A stretch of DNA of 53,563 nucleotides, taken from the NCBI GenBank assembly GCA_048882045.1, contig JBHLRZ010000023.1, positions 1 to 53,563 on the forward strand. Reading direction: 5' to 3'. Both the position numbers and the translations under genes were made by a program. Below the pieces are notes generated by a model, which saw only the letters and a program-made list of their open reading frames with translations, made no database searches and had not been told where the DNA came from. Shown here piece after piece: positions 18,112 through 27,464 of the stretch (position 1 is its first letter; the number at the start of each line of letters is the position of its first letter). This DNA is from Candidatus Thorarchaeota archaeon. GTDB lineage: Archaea > Asgardarchaeota > Thorarchaeia > Thorarchaeales > Thorarchaeaceae.

Positions 18112-20862
18112 CTACTTCTTCAGAAGCAGCCAGTCAACAGACTGAATTGCTGCCTGAGCTGCTGCCAATCTTGCTATCGGTAGTCTATATGGTGAGCAGG
18201 ACACATAGTCTAGCCCAATCTCATGAAAGAATCCAACTGACCTGGGGTCTCCACCATGCTCCCCACAGACACCAAGCTTGATGTCGGGTCGGGTCTTTCG
18301 ACCACGTTCAATAGCAATCTCCATGAGTTGCCCAATTCCTCTTTTATCGATGCTAACAAAGGGATCGTTTCGGAGAATGTGTCTATCGAGGTATTCTGGG
18401 AGAAATGTGTCGATATCATCTCTGGAGAATCCAAATCCCATCTGAGACAAGTCATTCGTTCCGAAGCTAAAGAACTCAGCAGACTCAGCCATGTCTCCTG
18501 CACGCATGCACGCACGAGGAGTTTCAATCATGGTTCCATACATGTATGGTATATCTACTCCAACATCGTTCCTGACCTCTTCATAGACGCGGTCGACTAT
18601 GAGTTCCATGGTCTTGAGCTCAGCGCTCCCAATGGTCACTGGAATCATGATCTCGATCTTTGCTTTCTTACCATCCTTGATCAGTTCTGCACCAGCTTCT
18701 AGAATTGCCCTCACCTGCATCTCATAGACTTCAGGATAGGTTATACCCAATCTCACTCCTCTGTGTCCCATCATGGGATTGCTCTCATGGATCTGTTCTC
18801 CACGTTTTCTGACCTCATCAAGAGGAATTTCAAGAGAGTGTGCTAGTCTCTCCTGTCCAATTCTAGACTGAGGAACAAACTCATGCAGAGGTGGATCGAG
18901 TAGCCGAATAGTGACAGGTAATCCATTCATCACCGCTAGTGTAGCTTTGATGTCTTCTTTCACAAATGGTTCAAGCTCACTCAGAGCTCTCAGTCTCTCA
19001 CTACGTGTTTTACTGAGAATCATCTTTCTCAGGAGGAAGAGTGGTTCATCACTGCCTTCTCCATAGAACATGTGCTCCGTCCTCAAGAGACCAATACCTT
19101 CTGCTCCAAATTCAAGGGCAATTTTGGCATCATCCGGTGTGTCAGCATTTGCCCTCACGCCAAGTCTTCGATACTTGTCTATTAAGCCCATGAACTCCTG
19201 AAGTTTTGGATTCTCGGTTGCTTCAATCATTGGAAGTTCGCCATCGTAGACGAGACCTTGAGTTCCATTGAGGGTGAGAACATCACCTTCCTTGTAGATC
19301 TTACCGTTTATTGTTACAGTCTTTTCAAACGTGTTAATGTCTAATCCACTTGCTCCAACAATACAACACTTTCCCCAACCACGAGTCACAAGCGCTGCGT
19401 GACTGGTCATTCCTCCTCGAGCTGTTAGGATTGCAATAGCAGCTCTCATTCCTTCGATGTCTTCAGGACTTGTTTCTTCACGTACAAGTACTACATGCTT
19501 TCCTTTTTTGTTCCCTTCAACCGCAGCTTCGGATGTGAAGACTATCTGACCCACAGCTCCTCCAGGACCTGCAGGAAGCCCCCTAGCGATAGGTGTTTCT
19601 TTCTTCTCAGCCTCGGGATCGAGGATTGGATAGAGAAGCTGTCCAAGTTGTTCGGGAGCAACACGGAGTATAGCAGTTGGTTCATCAATGAACTTGGTGT
19701 GAAGCATGTCCATAGCAATGGTTAATGCCGCAGTAGCAGTTCTCTTTCCAACTCGATGCTGGACTAAGAACAACTTTCCCTCCTGTATTGTAAACTCAAT
19801 GTCAAGCATATCACGAGTATCATCCTCAAGTTTGTCCTTGATTGCTACGAGTTCTGCATAGATGTCCGACATGGTTTCCTCAAGGGTTGGAAGGTCCTTG
19901 CTCTGCTCGTTCTTACTGTCCTCGTTCATCGCATTGGGAGTACGGGTTCCTGCAACGACGTCCTCTCCCTGTGCATTGATGAGGAACTCACCATAGAACT
20001 TGTTTTCTCCAGTAGCTGGATTTCTAGTGAAAGCTACTCCTGTAGCTGAACTGTCACCCATGTTGCCGAATACCATGCTTTGTACTGTGCACGCAGTCCC
20101 CCATTCGTCAGGAATGTTTTCGATTCGTCTGTACGCAACAGCACGTGCTCCGCCCCAGCTCTTGAATACTGCACCGATCCCTGCCCAGAGTTGTTCGTAA
20201 GGATCATCAGGAAATTCCTTTCCAAGGGTCTTTTTGATGGCATCTTTATATTCGTCGCATAACTCCTTCAAGTGTTCTACTTTCAGACAGGTGTCTGTCA
20301 GACAACCAACTTCTTTCTTCTTTCTCTCAAGGATTCTCTCTAATTCTGCCCGAATACCGTGACCTTCCTCAGGTTCGATTCCTTCTGCTTTTTCCATTAC
20401 AACATCACTGTACATTGTGATGAGTCGTCGGTAAGAGTCATAGACGAATCTCTCGTTCTGTGTTACCTCTATGAGACCTGGAATCGTTGAAGTTGTAAGT
20501 CCAACATTGAGAACGGTTTCCATCATCCCAGGCATACTCTGTCTGGCTCCAGAACGACAGGAAACCAATAGGGGGTTTTTAGGGTCGCCAAACTTCATGC
20601 CCATATAATCTTCAATTTGCTTCAGCGCTTGTCTTGCCTGTTCCTTGACGCTATCACTCAGTCCTCCAGATGCAAGGTAAAGGTTGCAAACCTCAGTTGT
20701 GATTGTAAAGCCTGGTGGTACTGGTAAACCAAGTAGTGTTGCTCCTGCGAGAGAAGCTCCTTTTCCCCCCAGCAGGTTCTTCATAGTCCCATCACCATCA
20801 GCTTTGCCTGCGCCGAATATGTACACGTGTTTATCTTTACTCATCTTATCATTACCCACCAT
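18112..20862 (-). CDS. ppdK: Pyruvate, phosphate dikinase
   Basis: LLGGKGA, PVPPGFTITT, SMPGMMETVLN, NAQGEDVVAG, phospho-His motif GGMTSHAA, ESNPMMGHRG, FSFGTNDL, CGEHGGDP. Alternative start 20844. Confidence 0.98.
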   Translation of the reverse strand: MVGNDKMSKDKHVYIFGAGKADGDGTMKNLLGGKGASLAGATLLGLPVPPGFTITTEVCNLYLASGGLSDSVKEQARQALKQIEDYMGMKFGDPKNPLLVSCRSGARQSMPGMMETVLNVGLTTSTIPGLIEVTQNERFVYDSYRRLITMYSDVVMEKAEGIEPEEGHGIRAELERILERKKKEVGCLTDTCLKVEHLKELCDEYKDAIKKTLGKEFPDDPYEQLWAGIGAVFKSWGGARAVAYRRIENIPDEWGTACTVQSMVFGNMGDSSATGVAFTRNPATGENKFYGEFLINAQGEDVVAGTRTPNAMNEDSKNEQSKDLPTLEETMSDIYAELVAIKDKLEDDTRDMLDIEFTIQEGKLFLVQHRVGKRTATAALTIAMDMLHTKFIDEPTAILRVAPEQLGQLLYPILDPEAEKKETPIARGLPAGPGGAVGQIVFTSEAAVEGNKKGKHVVLVREETSPEDIEGMRAAIAILTARGGMTSHAALVTRGWGKCCIVGASGLDINTFEKTVTINGKIYKEGDVLTLNGTQGLVYDGELPMIEATENPKLQEFMGLIDKYRRLGVRANADTPDDAKIALEFGAEGIGLLRTEHMFYGEGSDEPLFLLRKMILSKTRSERLRALSELEPFVKEDIKATLAVMNGLPVTIRLLDPPLHEFVPQSRIGQERLAHSLEIPLDEVRKRGEQIHESNPMMGHRGVRLGITYPEVYEMQVRAILEAGAELIKDGKKAKIEIMIPVTIGSAELKTMELIVDRVYEEVRNDVGVDIPYMYGTMIETPRACMRAGDMAESAEFFSFGTNDLSQMGFGFSRDDIDTFLPEYLDRHILRNDPFVSIDKRGIGQLMEIAIERGRKTRPDIKLGVCGEHGGDPRSVGFFHEIGLDYVSCSPYRLPIARLAAAQAAIQSVDWLLLKK

Positions 20863-20920
20863 TTTGATTTGATTTAAGGTGAGTTTCTACCCAGTATCAT
20901 GTGGCTAGATTGAATATATC

Positions 20921-20973
20921 ATCAACCAGAGTGTTAAATTCTCTAGGCTTAGTCCGGTTTCACTCTGGTTCAT
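20921..20973. repeat. Inverted repeat upstream of ppdK
   Basis: AACCAGAGTG (20924-20933) and CACTCTGGTT (20961-20970) are exact reverse complements, extending to 13 bp with one mismatch; 27-nt spacer. Confidence 0.7.
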
Positions 20974-21276
20974 TATTAAACATTCTATAGTGGCGATAAG
21001 TAACCTTATTCATGCGGTCTATCACGCGTGTAACACTGGAAATATTCGGTGTTTGTAACCTGATTTGAACTCTTCAGAACTATCATATAGTATTATGAAA
21101 GAAATGGAGGTCTATGGTGCCTCTTTGAAACCGTGTTTTTACAAATTTACAAAATCATCATTATAAATAATTGATAGATAATCTTCTGTAATCATTTCGA
21201 GAATGCCGCGCCCACCACACTTTGCTGTTGGTTAGTATTCATTCTTGATTTGAAATGGCTAAAGTTGGTTGCAGTT

Positions 21277-23292
21277 ATGGTACAAGTTCATACAGTTATC
21301 AAAATGGGACTAGTAATCGGTCTTCTTGTATTGCTTTCAGTTCCCATCGTTGATATGTCCCAACGATCAAACAATGTAACACAAGAATTCAGTAACACGC
21401 CTTCTCCATCAGTAAATCTGGCACAAGTATATGATTCTTCAACCTTGAACTTTGTTAATATGACGAGGAACATTGATGGGAACGATGCTGTATCAATTGA
21501 GCAGATCTTTTTCCGTATTGGAACATTAAAGATTCTTGATCCCGCGTTGTCCTCACTCTCTCCATCCGAAGTAAGCTATTTGATTTCCCAAGTTCTCTCA
21601 TTTCAAAGATCTTCTGGAGGCTTTGGAAACTGGAAAGGAGATCGTAGTAGCGTTTCACCAACACACATGGCTCTACAAGTTCTTGATTGGCTAGGATACT
21701 CGGGTTTGAATAATACCGCAATAGAACAATACCTTGACAGACTACAGAACACACTAACAGATGGATTCAACTCTCACCTGCTAGATACTGATAGTGATGT
21801 CCATTCATCATATCACGCAATCAGGTCATATGAGCTAATCGGGAGTGCGCCTACAAATGTGACAGCGGTTGTTGAATATTTCAGAAGAGCTCAGAATCTG
21901 GATGGCGGCTTTGGTCTCCAAACAAATAATGAGAAGGGCATTTTTTGGACATCTCGAGCAACAGTTACGCAGGACGCACTATTAGGATTAGCAGTGTACG
22001 GCGCAGAAGCAGGTAATCCGACTGCAGCTTTGAATTTTGTTCAAGGCCTTCAGTTGATAGACTCAGGAGGCTATGTTAACCAAATTGATATCCTTAGTAC
22101 ATCTGCAAGCTACACAGCTGCAGCTTTGGATTCAATATACTATCTCAATGGAACTGCTTTGAATATCACATCTGTGACTAACTACCTGTACTCACTTGAA
22201 ACTTTGAATGGTGGATTCAGGTACAATCCAATAAGTACAGATTCTTCTCTAATTGGAACCTATTTTGCAGTCCACGCCCTTTCTATATTGGGAGAATCTC
22301 CAACAAACATTACTGCAACCATAGATTATGTGTCGCATCCTCCCATCAGTGATGGTTACGGGGGTGTACCTGGAGATTCTCCCTCCCTTAGGGAGACCTT
22401 TGATGCAGTATACACGCAAATTCTAATGGATCAGATTCCTGACAATGTTCAAGGAATCATAGATTATGTAGCATCATATAGGAATCCTGATGGTGGTTTT
22501 GGTCTTACAGGATCCTTTGTTGAGAGTACTCTTCGAGCTCTTGAAACATACGATTTACTCGGTGTTGCATTTCCCAGTCCTTCAGAAACCATTACATATC
22601 TGCAGAACCTGCAACAACCGAATGGAGGCTTTGTGAAGACTGCAGGTGATACTACTGCCTTTGTTGTATCAACCTATAGAGCTGTACGGGCTCTAGAAAT
22701 ACTTGAGGCTCTACCACTCAATGTGAATAATGCGATATCATTCTTGCAAGGAATACAAAATGGCGATGGCGGTTGGGGAGGTTTCATTGGAGACACAAGT
22801 GATGTTACGAGCACCTATCGTGCGGTTCGAGGTTTAGATATTCTTAATTCGCAACCTCTGAATCCTAACCAAGCAATTACTTTCCTCCAAAGTAGTCAGA
22901 ATGCTGATGGTGGTTTTAGAAGGAGTCAGTTCGACAATGTCCGCCCCAACAATGTTTCCCACGCAATCTACACCTACTCTGCAGTTAGGGCACTTCATAT
23001 TCTTGGAACTGCTCCACTGGATTTGATTGGCGCTCATGATTATATAACATCTCTTCAGAATTTGGATGGAGGTTATGCAGAGCATCCTGGCTTTACTTCC
23101 AACATTGCATATACCTATACCTCGGTATTTCTTCTAAGTAACTTCGACCTCTACACCCTATCTTCTAGTACAACAACGACTACAAATACCAATTTTCCTC
23201 CAGTTGGTTTACCTGATCTTCTACTGTACTTAGGAATGGGACTAGTAGTGATCGCAGTCATCACTGTTGTTCTTCTTCGTCGCCGAAAATAG
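21277..23292 (+). CDS. Exported prenyltransferase/squalene-cyclase-repeat (alpha/alpha toroid) protein with C-terminal TM anchor
   Basis: About 12 repeats of Q-N-x-D-G-G-F/W/Y...S.V.STY.A+.AL.+L; N-terminal hydrophobic signal; Ser/Thr linker, TM, RRRK. Start uncertain (21250 TTG, 21277 or 21304 ATG). Confidence 0.85.
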   Translation: MVQVHTVIKMGLVIGLLVLLSVPIVDMSQRSNNVTQEFSNTPSPSVNLAQVYDSSTLNFVNMTRNIDGNDAVSIEQIFFRIGTLKILDPALSSLSPSEVSYLISQVLSFQRSSGGFGNWKGDRSSVSPTHMALQVLDWLGYSGLNNTAIEQYLDRLQNTLTDGFNSHLLDTDSDVHSSYHAIRSYELIGSAPTNVTAVVEYFRRAQNLDGGFGLQTNNEKGIFWTSRATVTQDALLGLAVYGAEAGNPTAALNFVQGLQLIDSGGYVNQIDILSTSASYTAAALDSIYYLNGTALNITSVTNYLYSLETLNGGFRYNPISTDSSLIGTYFAVHALSILGESPTNITATIDYVSHPPISDGYGGVPGDSPSLRETFDAVYTQILMDQIPDNVQGIIDYVASYRNPDGGFGLTGSFVESTLRALETYDLLGVAFPSPSETITYLQNLQQPNGGFVKTAGDTTAFVVSTYRAVRALEILEALPLNVNNAISFLQGIQNGDGGWGGFIGDTSDVTSTYRAVRGLDILNSQPLNPNQAITFLQSSQNADGGFRRSQFDNVRPNNVSHAIYTYSAVRALHILGTAPLDLIGAHDYITSLQNLDGGYAEHPGFTSNIAYTYTSVFLLSNFDLYTLSSSTTTTTNTNFPPVGLPDLLLYLGMGLVVIAVITVVLLRRRK

Positions 23293-23303
23293 GTGTGGAA
23301 AAA

Positions 23304-26300
23304 ATGAAGAGCAATCGATGCTTCCTTGGCATTTATGTCATTCTGACGTTGCTCTTCATTTCGACATTTTCTAACAACTCTGTGACAATATCTGTATCAT
23401 CATCTCTTGATGAACCATACCTGGAGTTTGAATTTACTCCTTCACAACAATCGGTTTTCCAGAATACAACATTTAATCATGAAGTCATGTTATTCGTACA
23501 GAGGTCGCAGGATGTTGGAGATGTAGCAGTACCCTCCATGGACGTAGCATATAATTTAGGAATGTCGATTCATTATCTGACTGTATTTGGCTATCCAGCT
23601 CCAGATAACCTAGTAGCAGAGGTTCTGAATTTTATTAATTCTTCTAGGAATGAAGATGGAGGCTATGGAAATTGGAATGGAGCAAGGAGTTCAGTTGAGT
23701 CAACCTTTCAAGCACTCCAACTATTAGTCACATACAATAACCTCTCTGTCCTTTCTATAGAAAGTGTAAATCGAACCGTTGGGTTCTTAGAACAACTAAA
23801 GACATTTGACAAAGGCTACTTACCATTACCCCAGTGGGATGCTCCTGATGTTTCTTCTACATACAGAGTAATCTATGGATTAAATCGAATTAATACAGAA
23901 TTTCCCAGCATTAGTGTTCAGATCGATAATTCATCTAGTGGATTTATCAACAGTACATTTGTTCCCCCCATTTTTGTCAATGGCGCTTCCGGATTCTCTG
24001 AGAATCTAGGGGGACCGGCTGAGCTTCTGGCATCCTTGAATGCCGTCCAAGCATATCTCCTATTGAATATCACAGACACACCTTACTTCGAATCAGTTGC
24101 GAAATTCATGAATTCCCTGATTGCGACAAATGGCGGAGTGGCTGGTTACGCGGGAGGTTTGCCAACAATGGGTTTTACATCAGCTGCTATACAACTCTAC
24201 CATCTTTTCAAAACAGAAACATCATTCGCAATTGATGATTACCTTCCAAGTACTTTTCTTGAAGATGGTCTTAACTACATTCTCGCTAATAGAGAAGCAG
24301 GATCTGGATTTACAGCATCAGAGCGGGATACAACTGCAGAACTAAGGTCCTCCTTTTTTGCACTACGAATTCTTCACCTTCTTGATGAACACAGCCTTCT
24401 TTCAACGATACCTGATCTCACTGGTGTCTTTAATTATCTCGTGGAGGGAGTTCAGCCAACCTTTGGATACGCGAATTATCCCGGTGACGTTCCTGATATT
24501 TCATACACAGCTCAAGCAATACTCATTGGAAAACTCATTGGTAATAGCTCTTATGTCGGTCCAGGAGTTAGCGAATACGTTGAACGCACCTATAGTGAAA
24601 CAGGAAGAGGATTTGGTTTTAGGCCTGGATCTTCTGCTAGAGTAAAGTATACCCACTTTGGAGTCAGGGCAACTCGAAGTCTTAATGGACCGTTAACAGT
24701 CGCTCAAAATATCGTTCAGTATCTATTAGACTCCCAGAATGAGGGTGGAGGATTTGGAGAACGACCAGGTTCTACAATTAGCTACTTGACTCACACCTAT
24801 TGGGCAATTACTGCTCTCAACCTCCTAGGAAACATTCAAAGGTTTCCAATTGATCCAACCTCTGTCCTAAGCTGGTTGACTTATTTAGAAAAACCCGATG
24901 GGACCTACTCTAATTTTCCCGGTTTCAATTCAACTCTAACATCTACATATCGAGCCATGATGATTCGATTGTTACTAGACGATGATATAGATGCCAATAG
25001 CTCTCTAAAGACTACTCTTGCTGATTACCAACAGATATCTGGTGGATATGTCTCATCCTTGGATCGAACTGCTCCTTCAATGGAAGCCACGTTCTATGGT
25101 GTTGCCCTATCACTTATGCTAGACATACCTCTTAATGATACACTTCTTCTTGACTTCGTATTCTCGCTACAAAATGGAGACGGAGGTTTTGGTTTACGAC
25201 CTGGATTTTCAAGTAGAGTTGAATCTACATTTTACGCTATTCTGACTCTAAAACTGCTATATGAAAATCTGGAATCATTAGAACCCACAGACCTTAGCGA
25301 AGATCCTGAAGATTTCTACTCACCAATTATTGTACCTACGTTCATCCCAGTCATCGACAATTATCGAGTGTTTCAGAATTCCTACGTACTCTCATCGACC
25401 ATCATTGAACCTGAGAGTTCACTGGTCCATGTTTGGGTAGAAGCTGATTGGACATCTGATGAATCAGGAGATATAGTATATCTTGAGTTCGAGGGAGTTC
25501 CAAGTGAAATCTATCAAAATGAATGGATTTTCATCATGGGAACATTTGATGCTGATGGTGAATTGAGATTCAGGGTTCATGCATCAGATTCCAATGGAAA
25601 CTCAGCAGTAACCGAGTATTATTTCCTTACTTCCCTCTCAGATATTCATTCTATACCTATCCCTAGTCAGAATCTTACTGCAGCTTTACTTCCCTTCATT
25701 CTTCCAATATTCCTCATCATTGGTTCTGTTGATGGATTTTCCCTACATAGGCGAAAGAGAAACTCCGAAAGAAGTGATGTGAAAATGACCCTACAATCCA
25801 AAAGAAGAAACGAAATCTTTGGCAATGAATCACTGAATATTATCGCGTTCATCATGGTTTTTGGTACTATCGCGATACTTGCCAGATTCTTTATCCAGGA
25901 TGCGGTTCTCATTCTGGAGAACTCCATATTCCTCTTCAGATTTCTGTTGGGCATGATCGTCATTCTCGTTGGAAAGTATGTTATTGGTCTGAAAACATTG
26001 GGTCTCTTTGGCCCAACTGTCCTTGTAATATCGCTACTTGCTCTAGGTCCTTTTTGGGGGCTTCTGATTTTCCTCAATATATTCGTAGTTGGTTACGTGA
26101 TTAGGGCGCTTATCAGCCAGTTCAATTTAGCTGTTGGATTTCGAATTGGAATACTAATGATATTCACCGTTGCGTTTGTTGGTTTATTGGAATTACTTGG
26201 AGAAATCTTTCTGATTCCGATTCTTAGTGGTTCAATACTAGTACCAATCATAATCACTCCTTGGTTCATTGATAGGTATGTCATTGAGTCAGAGCAAGAA

Positions 26301-27464
26301 AGCCAGCTTATAGCCTTCCAACGCTTGTTGACGACATTAGGAATTTCCATTGTCTCATTCATTCTCATGAGTATTGATACTCTTGTTCTAATCCTAATCA
26401 GTAATCCAGAACTTTGGGTCGTTCTATCAGCAAGTGTCCTATATTTTGGACGAAACACAAAATACACAACAGTGGATAAGAAACGGTTCACTCGATTGTT
26501 CGCCAAGGGTGAGGATCCACTCTCAGTTCAAATCAGAAACCGAAATTATATTGCTAAATACAACTCGAGCATGCTATTCTCAGTAATTAACAAGTACAAT
26601 CTGAAAGATCAATTCGACAAGTGGCGAGTTCCAACTGCAGAACTCTATTCCATTATCAATAGTGAGAATCAGATTGATGATTTGATGATGCGTTTGAAAA
26701 CAGAGAAGCAATTTGAGAATGGCTTTGTTATCAAACCCTCCCAAAGTTATGGCGGAAAGGGAATCATGGTGGTAAAGAATCGGGATGAAAATGGGAATTT
26801 CCATGTTGGTTCTGAAATCTATGCTCCACGTGTAGTAGAAACGGAAATTCGTAAAATCGTCAAAGGAGAATATCTGACAAGTCAAACAAAATCCGATTAC
26901 GACATTGTCATCATAGAAGAAAAAGTGGTCAATCATCCCGATTTGGCAAAGATCTCCACTGGTCTGCCAGATGTTCGGGTCATCGTCTTTCGAGGAATCC
27001 CAGTTATGGCGATGATGCGACTCTCAACAGTTGCGAGTGATGGACTAGCAAATTTGAAACAAGGGGCAATTGGAGCTACTGTCAGAATTGCTGATGGTAG
27101 AGTGACTCGCGCTGAAATGAAGGGGATTGAGGTCAAGAATCATCCAGATACAGGTGAGCTCATTGTTGGATTTACACTTGAGAATTGGGATGAGATCTTA
27201 TCTACAGCCTGTCTAGCTCAAAAGAGTACTGGATTAGGATATGCAGGTGTAGATATTGTAATTGATGAGAACAACCGTGTTCTTGTTCTTGAGGTGAATA
27301 AACGACCTGGTCTTGAAATTCAAAATGTGAATCAAAGTAGTCTCTTGAATCGCTTTGAGTTCATAGAACAGAATAATCTAGATGCCACAGAGCTATCTCC
27401 GATTGCTGCTGCAAGGTATGGGATGAATTTGGCAAGGACAAATTGGGAACAGAGGGGTGATTGA
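23304..27464 (+). CDS. Fusion protein: exported prenyltransferase-type repeats + Ig-like domain + TM + 7TM_transglut-like domain + alpha-L-glutamate-ligase-related ATP-grasp
   Basis: Repeats such as SRNEDGGYG, SQNEGGGFG, LQNGDGGFG; 7TM signature IGLKTLGLFGPTVL; ATP-grasp motifs RNRNYIAKYN, FVIKPSQSYGGKGI, DVRVIVFRG, ANLKQGAIG, GYAGVDIV, LEVNKRPGLEIQ. Alternative GTG start at 23295. Confidence 0.88.
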   Translation: MKSNRCFLGIYVILTLLFISTFSNNSVTISVSSSLDEPYLEFEFTPSQQSVFQNTTFNHEVMLFVQRSQDVGDVAVPSMDVAYNLGMSIHYLTVFGYPAPDNLVAEVLNFINSSRNEDGGYGNWNGARSSVESTFQALQLLVTYNNLSVLSIESVNRTVGFLEQLKTFDKGYLPLPQWDAPDVSSTYRVIYGLNRINTEFPSISVQIDNSSSGFINSTFVPPIFVNGASGFSENLGGPAELLASLNAVQAYLLLNITDTPYFESVAKFMNSLIATNGGVAGYAGGLPTMGFTSAAIQLYHLFKTETSFAIDDYLPSTFLEDGLNYILANREAGSGFTASERDTTAELRSSFFALRILHLLDEHSLLSTIPDLTGVFNYLVEGVQPTFGYANYPGDVPDISYTAQAILIGKLIGNSSYVGPGVSEYVERTYSETGRGFGFRPGSSARVKYTHFGVRATRSLNGPLTVAQNIVQYLLDSQNEGGGFGERPGSTISYLTHTYWAITALNLLGNIQRFPIDPTSVLSWLTYLEKPDGTYSNFPGFNSTLTSTYRAMMIRLLLDDDIDANSSLKTTLADYQQISGGYVSSLDRTAPSMEATFYGVALSLMLDIPLNDTLLLDFVFSLQNGDGGFGLRPGFSSRVESTFYAILTLKLLYENLESLEPTDLSEDPEDFYSPIIVPTFIPVIDNYRVFQNSYVLSSTIIEPESSLVHVWVEADWTSDESGDIVYLEFEGVPSEIYQNEWIFIMGTFDADGELRFRVHASDSNGNSAVTEYYFLTSLSDIHSIPIPSQNLTAALLPFILPIFLIIGSVDGFSLHRRKRNSERSDVKMTLQSKRRNEIFGNESLNIIAFIMVFGTIAILARFFIQDAVLILENSIFLFRFLLGMIVILVGKYVIGLKTLGLFGPTVLVISLLALGPFWGLLIFLNIFVVGYVIRALISQFNLAVGFRIGILMIFTVAFVGLLELLGEIFLIPILSGSILVPIIITPWFIDRYVIESEQESQLIAFQRLLTTLGISIVSFILMSIDTLVLILISNPELWVVLSASVLYFGRNTKYTTVDKKRFTRLFAKGEDPLSVQIRNRNYIAKYNSSMLFSVINKYNLKDQFDKWRVPTAELYSIINSENQIDDLMMRLKTEKQFENGFVIKPSQSYGGKGIMVVKNRDENGNFHVGSEIYAPRVVETEIRKIVKGEYLTSQTKSDYDIVIIEEKVVNHPDLAKISTGLPDVRVIVFRGIPVMAMMRLSTVASDGLANLKQGAIGATVRIADGRVTRAEMKGIEVKNHPDTGELIVGFTLENWDEILSTACLAQKSTGLGYAGVDIVIDENNRVLVLEVNKRPGLEIQNVNQSSLLNRFEFIEQNNLDATELSPIAAARYGMNLARTNWEQRGD

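Noticed and set aside
20911-20985. SECIS-like reading of the ppdK upstream hairpin (AUGA...AAA...UGA on the minus strand)
   Set aside because: The arms pair as an ordinary helix with a G-G mismatch, out of register for tandem G-A pairs; it lies 5' of ppdK, which has no in-frame UGA.
21277-25260. Squalene-hopene cyclase, protein prenyltransferase or thioester-protein function for the repeat proteins
   Set aside because: No DxDD, DxCY or CGEQ motif was found and the proteins appear exported; only the repeat fold is supported.
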